Source of the DNA: Actinomycetales bacterium
Lineage (GTDB): Bacteria; Actinomycetota; Actinomycetes; Actinomycetales; Microbacteriaceae
Direction: 5' to 3'
NCBI GenBank assembly: GCA_038328315.1
Contig: JBBQLW010000001.1
Coordinates: 1-51,024 of the forward strand
DNA length: 51,024 nucleotides
A program made the position numbers and the translations under genes. Of this stretch, positions 29,313 to 40,100 are shown one piece after another (the stretch's first letter is position 1; each line of letters begins with the position of its first letter). The notes beneath the pieces are model-generated. The model ran no database searches and was not told where the DNA came from. It worked only from the letters and a program-made list of their open reading frames with translations.

Positions 29313-30722
29313 ATGATCAAGCCCGATCTCTCCATGCCGCTCCCCGCCACACTCGGGGCGGTGCACTTTGTCGGAATCGGTGGATCGGGGATGAGCGGAA
29401 TCGCTCGCCTTTTTCTCGCATCAGGTCATACCGTCAGCGGCTCTGACCGCACCGAGAATCACAACATCGAAGACCTTCGGTCGCTTGGAGCGATTGTGTC
29501 GATCGGTCATGACGCGGCCAACCTCGGCAGCACCGATGCCGTGATCTACACCGGTGCACTCTGGCCGGACAACCCGGAGTATCTAGCGGCGCGCGAACGC
29601 GGCATCCCGACACTGCATCGATCTCAGGCGCTCGCCTGGCTGATCGCAAGCCATCGTCTGATCTCGGTTGCGGGTGCGCACGGAAAGACCACCTCGACCG
29701 GCATGATCATCACAGCGCTCGTCGAGCTCGGCGCACACCCGAGCTTCGTCAACGGTGGGGTAATTCAATCGCTCGGTGTCAGCGCTGCACAGGGAGAAGG
29801 TGAGCTCTTCGTCGTCGAGGCCGACGAATCGGACGGCACCTTCCTGTTGTACAACACGGCTGTCGCCCTGATCACGAACGTCGACGCTGACCACCTCGAT
29901 CATTATGGTACCCACGAGGCATTCGATGCAGCGTTTGTCGAGTTTGCCTCGGGAGCAAGTGATCTTGTCGTTATCTCGAGCGACGATCCAGGCGCGAAAC
30001 GGGTCAGCGGCCAGTTGCGCCATGCGCGAGTGATCACCTTCGGCGAGGATGCCGCCGCTGACGTGCGGCTGCGTTCGGTTGTGACGGCGGGACCTGTTTC
30101 TTTCACGCTGCGCTACCGCGGTCGTGACTACCCGGTCGCGTTGACGGTTCCTGGACAGCACAACGCCATGAATGCGGCTGGCGCGTTCGCTGTACTGGTG
30201 GGCCTCGGCTTCGAACCAGAAGCGGTGGTCAGTGGAATTGAGGTCTTTGGCGGGACGGAACGGCGATTCGAGTTGCACGACATTGTGCGAGGTGTGAGTG
30301 TCTACGACGACTATGCCCACCACCCGACCGAGGTCGCCGCGGCATTGAGTGCTGCCAGGACGGTCGTTGGCAATGGTCGCATCATCGCCGTTCACCAGCC
30401 ACACCTCTACAGCAGAACGCAAATGATGGCGGGCGAGTTCGCCGCTACATACGAGCAACTCGCTGACCACACCATCGTGCTTGACGTCTTTGGGGCGCGG
30501 GAGGATCCGATACCGGGGGTCACTGGTGCGCTGGTCGCTGAGCGATTCACCGATCCCTCACGCGTTGACTACCTGCCTGACTGGCAACACGCAGCCGATC
30601 GCGCCGCTGAACTGGCTCGCGATGGAGACATAATCATGACGCTGAGTTGTGGGGACGTCTACCGAATTGTGCCGCAACTGATTCAGGCGCTTCAGGTCGA
30701 GTTGGCGAACGCGCGCGGCTGA
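29313..30722 (+). CDS. murC: UDP-MurNAc--amino acid ligase MurC
   Basis: [47 protein letters not shown]. Confidence 0.96.
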   Translation: MIKPDLSMPLPATLGAVHFVGIGGSGMSGIARLFLASGHTVSGSDRTENHNIEDLRSLGAIVSIGHDAANLGSTDAVIYTGALWPDNPEYLAARERGIPTLHRSQALAWLIASHRLISVAGAHGKTTSTGMIITALVELGAHPSFVNGGVIQSLGVSAAQGEGELFVVEADESDGTFLLYNTAVALITNVDADHLDHYGTHEAFDAAFVEFASGASDLVVISSDDPGAKRVSGQLRHARVITFGEDAAADVRLRSVVTAGPVSFTLRYRGRDYPVALTVPGQHNAMNAAGAFAVLVGLGFEPEAVVSGIEVFGGTERRFELHDIVRGVSVYDDYAHHPTEVAAALSAARTVVGNGRIIAVHQPHLYSRTQMMAGEFAATYEQLADHTIVLDVFGAREDPIPGVTGALVAERFTDPSRVDYLPDWQHAADRAAELARDGDIIMTLSCGDVYRIVPQLIQALQVELANARG

Positions 30723-31672
30723 TGAAACGGCCAGACGGCTTTGATCCGACGCCACAACGACCGCTTGCCCCGGGTGCGGCGAAAGCGAGCGCACCAGCGC
30801 AGGCGCGGAAGCGTGCAAAGGCGGCGCCTGCGCCTTCGCCAGCGCCGAATCCATCGCGATCGGCAACGCGAGAGCAAACCCCACGAGCTGAACAACGCGC
30901 ACGGCGTCGTGAGCTTCGCATCGCCGCCCGAGAGCGATACCGCTACGAGCGCCGCGAGGTGCGGCGATTTACCCGGCGGGCTCGTGAGCGCCGCATGACG
31001 CTCGCGATCGTTGCTGGCATCATCGCAACTCTGGTCGGGCTTGTTCTCGTTGCGGTCTACTCGCCGCTTCTCGCGCTCAAGACCATTGAGGTGAGCGGTA
31101 CCGAGCGAATCGACCCGGTCGCAGTCCAGTCGGCGCTGGCCGGTCAGCTCGGCACGCCTCTCGCGCTCCTCGATCACTCGCGAATCACGAGGGAGTTGTC
31201 GGCGTTTCCGTTGATCAGAAGTTACGTCACCGCGACGGTGCCGCCGGACACGGTTCGAGTTCAGATCGTCGAGCGCCAACCTATCGGCGTGGTGCAAGCC
31301 TCTCCGACGGTCTTCCAGCTGGTCGATCCGGCGGGCGTGACCGTGCAGGAGTCGGAGGTGGCGCCGGCTGGCGTTCCGCTCATCAATCTCGCCGGTGGGC
31401 CAACGTCCGGGCCGGCCTTTCGCGCGGTCGCCGACGTCTTGATATCGCTGCCTGTGGAGCTTCGCGGGCAGGTCACCTCGGTTTCGGCCCGCACGAAAGA
31501 CGACGTCAGGCTCGTACTGGTTGGAGTCGGTCAGAGTGTCGTCTGGGGGAGTGCAGCTGACTCCGCACGCAAAGCGGTGCTGCTCGCCGCGCTCATCGCG
31601 GTCACGGATTCTGGCAGAGCGGGCGAGTTCGATGTCTCAGCGCCGGGAAACGGGATCTTCCGACCTTCGTAG
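30722..31672 (+). CDS. ftsQ: Cell division protein FtsQ/DivIB
   Basis: Arg-rich cytoplasmic N-terminus, TM, POTRA region (IEVSGT...PPDTVRVQIVERQP), FDVSAP; ATG overlaps the murC TGA. Confidence 0.88.
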   Translation: MKRPDGFDPTPQRPLAPGAAKASAPAQARKRAKAAPAPSPAPNPSRSATREQTPRAEQRARRRELRIAARERYRYERREVRRFTRRARERRMTLAIVAGIIATLVGLVLVAVYSPLLALKTIEVSGTERIDPVAVQSALAGQLGTPLALLDHSRITRELSAFPLIRSYVTATVPPDTVRVQIVERQPIGVVQASPTVFQLVDPAGVTVQESEVAPAGVPLINLAGGPTSGPAFRAVADVLISLPVELRGQVTSVSARTKDDVRLVLVGVGQSVVWGSAADSARKAVLLAALIAVTDSGRAGEFDVSAPGNGIFRPS

Positions 31673-31718
31673 CTAGACGCCCGCACGGCATGCTGTTCCG
31701 CTTCAGTGCCGTCGGACT

Positions 31719-31781
31719 CGAAGTCGACTTCGCGACACGCTGGACGCCTTGCTTCCCGCCGCAACAGGCCCGACCTAGTCT
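31719..31781 (+). promoter_or_regulatory. ftsZ promoter region: 14-bp palindrome, CGACACGC site and TAGTCT -10
   Basis: CGAAGTCGACTTCG 31719-31732, CGACACGC 31733-31740, TAGTCT 31776-31781. Confidence 0.55.
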
Positions 31782-31807
31782 CAGGTCAACAAGCAGAAAT
31801 TGAGCAA

Positions 31808-31839
31808 AACTTTACACCTCAAGTAGAGCTTGAGAGTTT
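31808..31839 (+). promoter_or_regulatory. Candidate FtsR operator upstream of ftsZ
   Basis: AACTTTACACCTCAAGTAGAGCTTGAGAGTTT contains the dyad CTCAAG-N5-CTTGAG; FtsR/Rv1828 are known to bind ftsZ upstream regions. Confidence 0.7.
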
Positions 31840-31862
31840 GCAAACATCAGCGGAGGCCGGAC

Positions 31863-33053
31863 GTGACGTCAAACCAGAACTACCTCGCAGTGATCAAGGT
31901 AGTTGGCATCGGCGGCGGTGGTGTCAACGCCGTCAACCGCATGATCGAGCTTGGTTTGCGCGGGGTCGAATTCATTGCCATCAATACGGATGCTCAAGCC
32001 CTCCTGATGAGTGACGCAGACGTCAAACTCGATGTCGGTCGCGAGCTCACCCGCGGGCTCGGCGCGGGTGCAGATCCAGAGGTCGGAAGACGCGCCGCCG
32101 AGGATCACGCCGAAGAGATCGAAGAAGCCCTCGCCGGTGCAGACATGGTCTTCGTCACCGCCGGAGAAGGGGGCGGCACCGGCACCGGTGGAGCACCGGT
32201 CGTTGCCCGGATCGCCAAGTCGATCGGTGCCCTCACGATTGGTGTCGTCACGAAGCCCTTCGCCTTCGAAGGCAAGCGCCGTTCCGCCCAAGCTGACGTC
32301 GGCGTTGCAAGCCTCAAGAACGAGGTCGACACGCTGATTGTTGTTCCCAACGATCGGTTGCTGGAGATCAGTGATCGCGGCATCAGCATGCTTGAAGCAT
32401 TCGCGACGGCTGATCAAGTGCTCTTGGCTGGCGTGCAGGGCATAACCGATCTCATCACGACTCCAGGGCTCATCAACCTTGACTTCGCCGACGTCAAGTC
32501 GGTCATGCAGGGAGCGGGCTCGGCGCTGATGGGAATCGGCTCCGCCCGCGGCGCAGATCGGGCCATCAAGGCCGCGGAACTCGCGGTGGCGTCGCCACTG
32601 CTCGAGGCATCCATCGACGGCGCTCACGGTGTACTCCTGTCGATCCAAGGTGGATCGAATTTGGGAATCTTCGAGATCAACGATGCTGCGCGACTCGTGC
32701 AAGAAGCCGTGCATCCGGAAGCAAACATCATCTTCGGTGCCGTCATCGATGACACGCTCGGCGACGAGGTGCGGGTGACAGTGATCGCCGCGGGCTTCGA
32801 CGGCGGCGAGCCGAGTCACAAGGCTCACGACTCGCGTCGCACGAACTTCATGGTCGCCGACCCGGTTGTCGCCCAGACAACTGCAGGCGCGGCAACTGCC
32901 GGCTCTGCAACCGCAACCGCAGCCTCCGCAACTGTAGGCCAAGGCGGACCGACGTCATGGTCGGCTGAACCGAGCCTCGTAGCGACGTCGCCGATCGACC
33001 GAAACTTTGACGATGATGACGGTGATTTGGACATCCCGGACTTTCTCAAGTAG
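31863..33053 (+). CDS. ftsZ: Cell division protein FtsZ
   Basis: [32 protein letters not shown]-terminal DLDIPDFLK; GGAGG RBS. Confidence 0.99.
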   Translation: MTSNQNYLAVIKVVGIGGGGVNAVNRMIELGLRGVEFIAINTDAQALLMSDADVKLDVGRELTRGLGAGADPEVGRRAAEDHAEEIEEALAGADMVFVTAGEGGGTGTGGAPVVARIAKSIGALTIGVVTKPFAFEGKRRSAQADVGVASLKNEVDTLIVVPNDRLLEISDRGISMLEAFATADQVLLAGVQGITDLITTPGLINLDFADVKSVMQGAGSALMGIGSARGADRAIKAAELAVASPLLEASIDGAHGVLLSIQGGSNLGIFEINDAARLVQEAVHPEANIIFGAVIDDTLGDEVRVTVIAAGFDGGEPSHKAHDSRRTNFMVADPVVAQTTAGAATAGSATATAASATVGQGGPTSWSAEPSLVATSPIDRNFDDDDGDLDIPDFLK

Positions 33054-33063
33054 CGGCAAGATC

Positions 33064-33768
33064 ATGACCTACGAGCCCGATCTGGGGATGCGGCTGGCTT
33101 CGGTGCGTGCGCAGATTGCGGATGCGGCGCTGACCGCCGGGCGCGAACCGTCGTCAATCACGACAATCATCGTCACCAAGTTTCAGCCGATCTCGCTTGT
33201 TCGTGAGCTCCTCGACCTGGGCGAGCGCGACTTCGGGGAGAACCGTCATCAGGAGGCGTCGGAGAAAGCCGCAGCACTCGTGAACACCCCGGCTCGTTGG
33301 CACTTCATCGGTCAGCTGCAAAGCAATAAAGCCAAGGCAGTCCGGGCATACGCGAGTGTCGTGCACTCCCTCGACCGTGAATCGCTCATTCCGGGATTGT
33401 CCACGCCCGAGGGTAGTGACCCGAACAATGACCCTCAGTCTCTCGACGTATTCGTGCAGGTCGATCTCGGCACCGAGCCTGGTCGCGGGGGAGTCGTGCC
33501 TGACGCGCTCGATGCGCTTGTCGAGCGGGTAGCCGCGGCATCCGGAATCAAACTCGTTGGGCTCATGACGGTCGCGCCATTGGAGACTGAACCTCGACGC
33601 GCCTTCGCAAGGTTGCGGGAGCTCGCCGATAGTGTTCGTCGAACAGTTCCGGGGGCGACCAGCCTCTCGATGGGCATGTCAGGGGACTTCATCGACGCGA
33701 TCCACGAGGGCGCGACACACCTGCGGCTTGGTTCGGCAATCACGGGAAACCGACCCGTCAATGGTTAA
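33064..33768 (+). CDS. yggS: YggS/PLP homeostasis protein
   Basis: IVTKF, FGENRHQE, WHFIGQLQSNK, LSMGMSGDF, GATHLRLG. Confidence 0.94.
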   Translation: MTYEPDLGMRLASVRAQIADAALTAGREPSSITTIIVTKFQPISLVRELLDLGERDFGENRHQEASEKAAALVNTPARWHFIGQLQSNKAKAVRAYASVVHSLDRESLIPGLSTPEGSDPNNDPQSLDVFVQVDLGTEPGRGGVVPDALDALVERVAAASGIKLVGLMTVAPLETEPRRAFARLRELADSVRRTVPGATSLSMGMSGDFIDAIHEGATHLRLGSAITGNRPVNG

Positions 33769-33771
33769 TCT
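33713..33771 (+). promoter_or_regulatory. Candidate internal sepF promoter: CGACAC within yggS plus TAATCT -10 using the yggS stop
   Basis: CGACACAC 33713, TAATCT 33766; 53-bp spacing equals that at the McdR-like gene. Confidence 0.5.
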
Positions 33772-33804
33772 CGACCAAGACGCTTCATCATCCGGAGGAT
33801 CACC

Positions 33805-34272
33805 ATGGCCAACCCACTGCGCAAGACAATGGTCTATCTCGGCCTCGCCGATGAGGACTACGACTACGAGCAGCCGGGTGCGCCGGTCGCGCCCGTCGCT
33901 CCGATTGCTCACCACAGTAGCTCGACCGGCAATCGTGCGCCGGTCACCGCCCTGCGACGCACGGCTGCTGCGAGACCGGCGGCACCCGAGATGAACGAGA
34001 TCCTCACAGTGCACCCGCGCCAGTACAAGGACGCTCAGGTCATTGCCGAGAACTTCCGCGAGGGCATTCCGGTCATCATCAACCTGTCTCAAATGAGTGA
34101 ACCGGATGCTCGTCGCCTGATCGATTTCGCGAGTGGCCTCTCGCAAGGCCTGTACGGCAAGATCGAGCGGGTCACGAACAAGGTGTTCTTGCTTTCGCCA
34201 GCGCACGTAGCGGTGAGCGGGGACCACTCAGAGCCCGAGTCTGAGGTCGACGCCTCGTTCTTGACGCAGTAA
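33805..34272 (+). CDS. sepF: Cell division protein SepF
   Basis: [34 protein letters not shown]. Confidence 0.95.
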   Translation: MANPLRKTMVYLGLADEDYDYEQPGAPVAPVAPIAHHSSSTGNRAPVTALRRTAAARPAAPEMNEILTVHPRQYKDAQVIAENFREGIPVIINLSQMSEPDARRLIDFASGLSQGLYGKIERVTNKVFLLSPAHVAVSGDHSEPESEVDASFLTQ

Positions 34273-34328
34273 TTGGGCTGCCTTCGGCATTCGCTGATGC
34301 CCCAGGCGACGACGGCTAGGCTTAGCGG

Positions 34329-34628
34329 GTGTCCTTCGTCTCGATAATCGCCACGATCGTCTACCTCGCCCTCAATGTCTTTATCATCATGATGTGGGCG
34401 CGGTTGGTGCTTGATCTGGCACGAACCTTTGCTCGCGAATGGCGACCGACAGGCGCGTTACTTGTGCTTGCTGAGGCTGTGTTTACTGTCACCGACCCTC
34501 CGGTCAAGCTCGTGAGGCGAGTGATCCCGCCGCTACGGGTCGGGGGAATCGCGTTGGATTTCGCTTGGACGATCGTCTTGCTCGCGTGTCTTCTTTTGGT
34601 TTCCATCATCGTGGGATTCATCAATTAG
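34329..34628 (+). CDS. YggT-family membrane protein (SepG/YlmG)
   Basis: FTVTDPPVKLVRRVIPPLRVGGIALD; position after sepF. Confidence 0.9.
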   Translation: MSFVSIIATIVYLALNVFIIMMWARLVLDLARTFAREWRPTGALLVLAEAVFTVTDPPVKLVRRVIPPLRVGGIALDFAWTIVLLACLLLVSIIVGFIN

Positions 34629-34745
34629 TGATGCGGCTGTACTCTGAAGTAACTAAGGTGGTTTGCGCATGCCGGAACGGGTACAATCAAGAACGGTCTC
34701 TAACCGTCATGCGGACGTTGAAAGAAAGCATTTGAGGTGACCCCA

Positions 34746-35525
34746 ATGGCTCTTACTCCCGAAGATGTCGTCAATAAGCGGTTCCAGCCGACCAAGTTCC
34801 GCGAGGGCTACGACCAAGACGAGGTCGACGATTTTCTCGACGAGGTCGTCGTTGAACTGCGTCGTCTCAACCAAGAGAACGAGGAGCTTCGTCAGCGCCT
34901 TGTACAGACCGACGCACGCATCAACGAACTTCAGCGCGGCGCGGGCGCGCAGCCAGCGGCGCAGCAGGGTGGCTTTGCCCAACAGCCCGACCCCAGGCAG
35001 GCTCCGCCAGCGTTCGGCGCCGCCCCAGCCTTCGGCGCTGCCGCGGCTTTCGGCGCCGCACCGGCGTTTGGCGCCGCTCCAGACTCCGCTAGCGACCCCA
35101 ACAACCTCCTTCAACTCGCGCGCAAGCTCCACGAGGAGCACGTGCGAGAAGGTGTCGAGAAGCGGGATGCTCTCATTGCTGAGGGACACGCAACGGCAGC
35201 TCGCGCTGTTGCCGACGCCGAATCGCTTCAGCGACAGCAGCTCTCATCGCTCGACCAGGAGCGTCAAGCACTTGAGTCGCGCGTCAACGATCTGCGCAAC
35301 TTCGAGCGTGAATATCGTCAGAAGCTCAAGGGCTACATCGAAGGGCAGTTGCGCGAACTCGAATCAGCCGCGATTGGTACGACGGATGTCGGTTCGAACC
35401 AGCTGACAGCTGCGGGAGCACCGTCCGCGAGCGCGCCTCCAAGCGCGACCCCGACCGGTTACTACGTGCCACAGGCACCGGGTCAGTTGCAAGGCGGCAA
35501 CTACACCGGTTTTGCCGGAAGCTGA
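34746..35525 (+). CDS. divIVA: DivIVA/Wag31 polar growth determinant
   Basis: MALTPEDVVNKRF...REGYDQDEVDDFLD, coiled coils, LRNFEREYRQKLK. Confidence 0.95.
   Translation: MALTPEDVVNKRFQPTKFREGYDQDEVDDFLDEVVVELRRLNQENEELRQRLVQTDARINELQRGAGAQPAAQQGGFAQQPDPRQAPPAFGAAPAFGAAAAFGAAPAFGAAPDSASDPNNLLQLARKLHEEHVREGVEKRDALIAEGHATAARAVADAESLQRQQLSSLDQERQALESRVNDLRNFEREYRQKLKGYIEGQLRELESAAIGTTDVGSNQLTAAGAPSASAPPSATPTGYYVPQAPGQLQGGNYTGFAGS
35010..35081 (+). repeat. 4 x 18-bp coding repeat (AFGAAP/A) in the DivIVA linker
   Basis: AFGAAP AFGAAA AFGAAP AFGAAP with synonymous divergence between units. Confidence 0.9.
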
Positions 35526-36105
35526 AAGCGCTGAGCCGACCGCGCGCGCGCGGCCGGTCAGTGTGCGCGCACTCGCGGTGCTTGGACTGGTCGCTGTCCT
35601 CATCTATCTCGCCGATCGAGTGACCAAGATTGTCGTTGTCAACAATTTGGTCCTCGGCGAATCTGTGCCGTTCATCGGCGACTTACTTCGATTGCGTTAC
35701 GTAGAGAACCCGGGCGCAGCATTTTCACTAGGCAGCGGAACAACGTGGGTGTTTGCAATCATTGCGACTGCGGTAGCTGTCTTCATTGTGGTGTTTGCCC
35801 GTCGCATCCGGTCGACCGCTTGGGCCGTGGTGTTTGGGCTGCTGCTCGGCGGCACTCTCGGTAATCTGACCGATCGCCTAACCCGTGAACCAGGGTTCGG
35901 TCGAGGCTATGTCGTTGACTTTTTCGAGCTTTGGGGTTTTCCGGCCATCTTCAACATCGCCGATGTCGCAATTGTCTCGAGCATGGTTGTCTTCATTATT
36001 TTGACGATTCGCGGCGTCGGTCTTGACGGGACTAAGCACGTGCGCGGAGGGGATCAGTCTGGCAACGATTCTGCGATCTCCGCTGAGCCTGGCGACCAGC
36101 GCTAG
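35512..36105 (+). CDS. lspA: Lipoprotein signal peptidase II
   Basis: [30 protein letters not shown]. Confidence 0.94.
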   Translation: MPEAESAEPTARARPVSVRALAVLGLVAVLIYLADRVTKIVVVNNLVLGESVPFIGDLLRLRYVENPGAAFSLGSGTTWVFAIIATAVAVFIVVFARRIRSTAWAVVFGLLLGGTLGNLTDRLTREPGFGRGYVVDFFELWGFPAIFNIADVAIVSSMVVFIILTIRGVGLDGTKHVRGGDQSGNDSAISAEPGDQR

Positions 36106-36109
36106 CGCT

Positions 36110-37030
36110 GTGGAGTCACGCAGGCTCGTCGTGCCGGAGGGACTCGCTGGTGAACGAGTGGACACTGCACTCGCCAAGCTCATGGGCTTCTCTCGCACGT
36201 TCGCGGCAGAGGTCGCTGAAGCCGGGGGCGTGCTGCTCGATGGCGTGCCGGTTGGCAAGTCCGAGCGGCTGGCCGAGGGGGGATGGCTCGAAGTGAATTG
36301 GCAATCGAAGGTTGCGCCAACCATCGTCGCGCGGGTGGTCGAAGGTCTCAGCATTGTGTACGACGACGACGACATTGTCGTTGTGGATAAACCGCCAGGT
36401 GTCGCGGCGCATCCCTCGATCGGCTGGGACGGCCCGACCGTGCTCGGTGCCCTCGCCGGTGCGGGGTTCACCATCGCTACCTCCGGCGCAGCCGAGCGCG
36501 CCGGCATCGTGCATCGGTTGGATGTCGGCACCAGCGGACTCATGGTCGTCGCGAAATCAGAGGGCGCGTACTCGAGCCTCAAGCGCGCGTTCCATGATCG
36601 CGAAGTCAACAAGATCTACCATGCGGTCGTTCAGGGGCACCCCGATCCGCTCGCAGGAACGATCGACGCGCCAATTGGGCGACATCCGGGTGCGAGCTGG
36701 AGGTTCGCGGTCGTATCGGATGGCAAGCCGAGCGTCACCCATTACGAAACGATCGAAGCGTTTCCGTCAGCAGCGCTGCTCGAAATCCAGCTCGAGACCG
36801 GTCGCACGCACCAGATTCGAGTTCACATGGCGGCCCAGCGCCACCCGTGCGTCGGCGACTCGATGTACGGCGCTGATCCGAGCTTGACACAGCGCCTCGC
36901 GCTCAGCAGGCAGTGGCTTCACGCCCGGCGGTTGGGCTTCGCGCACCCAAGAACCGGGGAGCATGTGGAGTTCGAATCCGCGTACCCGGCCGACCTTCAA
37001 GCAGCGCTTGAGGCGCTTCGCGCGCTCTAG
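36110..37030 (+). CDS. RluA/RluD-family pseudouridine synthase
   Basis: S4-like N-terminus, [25 protein letters not shown]. Confidence 0.93.
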   Translation: MESRRLVVPEGLAGERVDTALAKLMGFSRTFAAEVAEAGGVLLDGVPVGKSERLAEGGWLEVNWQSKVAPTIVARVVEGLSIVYDDDDIVVVDKPPGVAAHPSIGWDGPTVLGALAGAGFTIATSGAAERAGIVHRLDVGTSGLMVVAKSEGAYSSLKRAFHDREVNKIYHAVVQGHPDPLAGTIDAPIGRHPGASWRFAVVSDGKPSVTHYETIEAFPSAALLEIQLETGRTHQIRVHMAAQRHPCVGDSMYGADPSLTQRLALSRQWLHARRLGFAHPRTGEHVEFESAYPADLQAALEALRAL

Positions 37031-37134
37031 CTTCGGCTTGTTGGCGAGTCCGGTCGAAGGCGCGCAGCGAGCGGATTAGTCTGGAGGCTCATCCCAAACC
37101 TGACCCAACTTGATGCACCTCGTTCGGAGATTTC

Positions 37135-40100
37135 GTGACATCCAGTACCGACTCATTTGTGCACTTGCACGTGCACAGTGAGTATTCAATGCTGGATGGC
37201 GCGGCCAGGGTCGCCCCGCTGCTTGACGCCGCTGTCGCCGAGGGCATGCCTGCTATCGCCGTCACCGACCATGGCAACATGTTTGGCGCATACGACTTCT
37301 GGAAGACCGCTCTTGAGAAAGGCATCAAGCCCATCATCGGCACCGAGGCGTACATCACTCCCGGCACGGCGCGTGGCGACAGAACGAGAGTTCGCTGGGG
37401 GGACTCGCACCAGAGCCAAGACGATGTCGGCGGCTCCGGCGCGTACACCCATATGACCCTGCTTTCTGAGAACAACGTTGGGATGCACAACCTCTTCAGG
37501 CTCTCGTCGCTTGCCTCGATTGAGGGCTTCTACTTCAAGCCGCGCATGGACCGCGAGCTCCTGAGCCGGTACGCATCCGGAATCATTGCCACCACTGGCT
37601 GCGTCGGTGGTGAGGTTCAAACCAGACTGCGGCTCGGCCAATACGAGGAAGCCAAGAAGGCCGCGGCAGAGTTCCGCGACATCTTCGGGGCTGGCAACTT
37701 CTACGCCGAGATCATGGATCACGGTATCGACATCGAACGGCGAACCATGCGAGACCTGATTCGGCTCGCGAAGGAGCTCGATCTGCCGCTCGTTGCCACG
37801 AACGACCTGCACTACACCCACGCGCACGATGCCACCGCTCATGCGGCGCTGCTGTGCGTGCAATCGGCGTCAACCCTCACCGACCCAAACCGCTTCAAGT
37901 TCGACTCCGACGAGTTTTACCTCAAATCCGCACATCAGATGCGCGAACTGTTCCGCGAGTTTCCGGACGCCTGCACCAATACGTTGAGAATTGCAGAGCG
38001 CTGTTCGGTCTCCTTCGAGAAGCGCGACCTCATGCCGAGGTTCCCGGTGCCGGACGGTGAGACAGAGGCATCCTGGTTCAAGAAAGAAGTCGCAACAGGA
38101 ATGGCGCGGCGGTTCTCGGCAGGCGCGTCCGATGCGCACCTCGCGCAAGCCCAGTACGAAGTGGATGTCATCACTCAGATGGGATTTCCCGGCTACTTTC
38201 TCGTGGTTGCTGACTTCATCGCGTGGGCCAAGGCACAGGGAATCCGAGTTGGGCCGGGCCGGGGCTCGGCCGCAGGTTCGATGGCTTCGTTCGCCATGGG
38301 CATCACCGAACTCGATCCGCTGGCGCACGGCCTTATCTTTGAGCGCTTCCTAAACCCAGAGCGGGTCTCGATGCCCGATGTCGACGTCGACTTCGACGAT
38401 CGCCGCCGACCGGAGGTGATTCGCTACGTCACCGAGAAGTACGGCGACGACCGGGTCGCCCAGATTGTGACCTACGGAACCATCAAGGCCAAGCAGGCGC
38501 TCAAAGATTCTGCGCGGGTGCTCGGCATGCCGTACGCCGTTGGAGAGAAGCTGACGAAGGCGATGCCGCAGTCGGTAATGGGCAAAGACATTTCGCTCAG
38601 CGACGTGTTCGACAAAGATTCTGATCGCTACAAGGAAGCCGCCGATCTTCGCGTGCTCGTGGAAACTGATGAGCAATCTGCACAAGTTTTCGAGACCGCA
38701 AAGGGCATCGAAAACCTCAAGCGGCAGTGGGGTGTGCACGCAGCGGGCGTACTCATGTCAGCTGAACCGCTCATGGACGTGCTGCCCATCATGCGCCGAG
38801 AAGAGGATGGCGCAATCATCACCCAGTTCGACCAGCCCCCTCTGGAGGATCTCGGCCTGCTCAAGATGGACTTCCTTGGGCTTCGCAATCTCACGGTCAT
38901 CGAAGACGCGCTGCGAATGATCGAGGCGAACACCGGCATCGCGCTCAAGGTCGAGGACCTTGACCTTGACGCAGACGAAGCGACGTATGCCCTCCTGGCT
39001 CGCGGCGAAACGCTCGGCGTGTTTCAACTCGACGGCGGACCGATGCGGGCGCTCCTTCAGAAGCTCAAACCAACCAACTTCGAAGACATCTCCGCAGTGA
39101 TTGCGCTCTATCGCCCGGGACCCATGGGCATGAATTCCCACACCAACTACGCGCTCCGAAAGAACGGTAAGCAAAAGATTGACGCGATTCACCCCGAGCT
39201 TGAAGAACCGCTGAGCGAGATTCTTGGAACGACCTTCGGCCTCATCGTCTACCAAGAGCAGGTCATGTCAGTCGCGCAAAAGGTGGCAGGCTTCTCGCTC
39301 GGTCAGGCTGACGTTTTGCGTCGAGCGATGGGCAAGAAGAAGAAATCGGAGCTCGACCAGCAATTCGCAGACTTTGAGGCCGGGATGCTCGGCAACAACT
39401 ACAGCAAGGCCGCCGTCAAGGTGCTCTGGGACACCCTCATGCCCTTTGCGGACTACGCGTTCAACAAGGCGCACAGCGCTGGATACGGAGTACTGAGCTA
39501 CTGGACGGCGTATCTCAAGGCCAACCACCCTGCGGAGTACATGGCAGCGCTATTGACGAGCGTCGGCGACTCGAAAGACAAGCTCGGCATGTACCTCAGC
39601 GAGTGCCGGCGCATGGGCATCCGCGTGCTCGCGCCGGATGTCAACGAGTCAAGCGTGGACTTCACAGCGACCGGGGGAGACATCCGATTCGGGCTCGGTG
39701 CGGTTCGCAACGTTGGTCATGCAGTTGTGGATGCGATCGCTCAGGCACGGACCGCTCAAGGCAGCTTCGTGTCCTTTCACGACTTTCTGCGCAAGGTACC
39801 CGTGCAGGTCACAAATAAGCGCACGGTCGAGTCGCTGATCAAGGCCGGGGCGTTCGACTCGCTCGGTCACAGCAGGCGCTCGCTCTACGAGGTGCACGAA
39901 TCGGCGGCGGATGCGGCATCCACCGAGAAACGCCGTGAAGCAGCAGGCGACGTCGCCTTCGACTTCGACAGTCTCTGGGATGAACCGGAGAACGTCGAAC
40001 AGTCGGTTCCCGATCGACCGGAATGGGGCAAGCGCGAGAAGCTCGCCTTCGAGCGCGAGATGCTCGGGCTGTACGTCTCGGACCATCCGCTCTCTGGTCT

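Noticed and set aside
31869-32942. 357-aa antisense ORF over ftsZ, and similar long shadow ORFs over pyc, aroG, murC and ctaD
   Set aside because: Expected stop-poor antisense frames in high-GC coding DNA; no recognisable motifs
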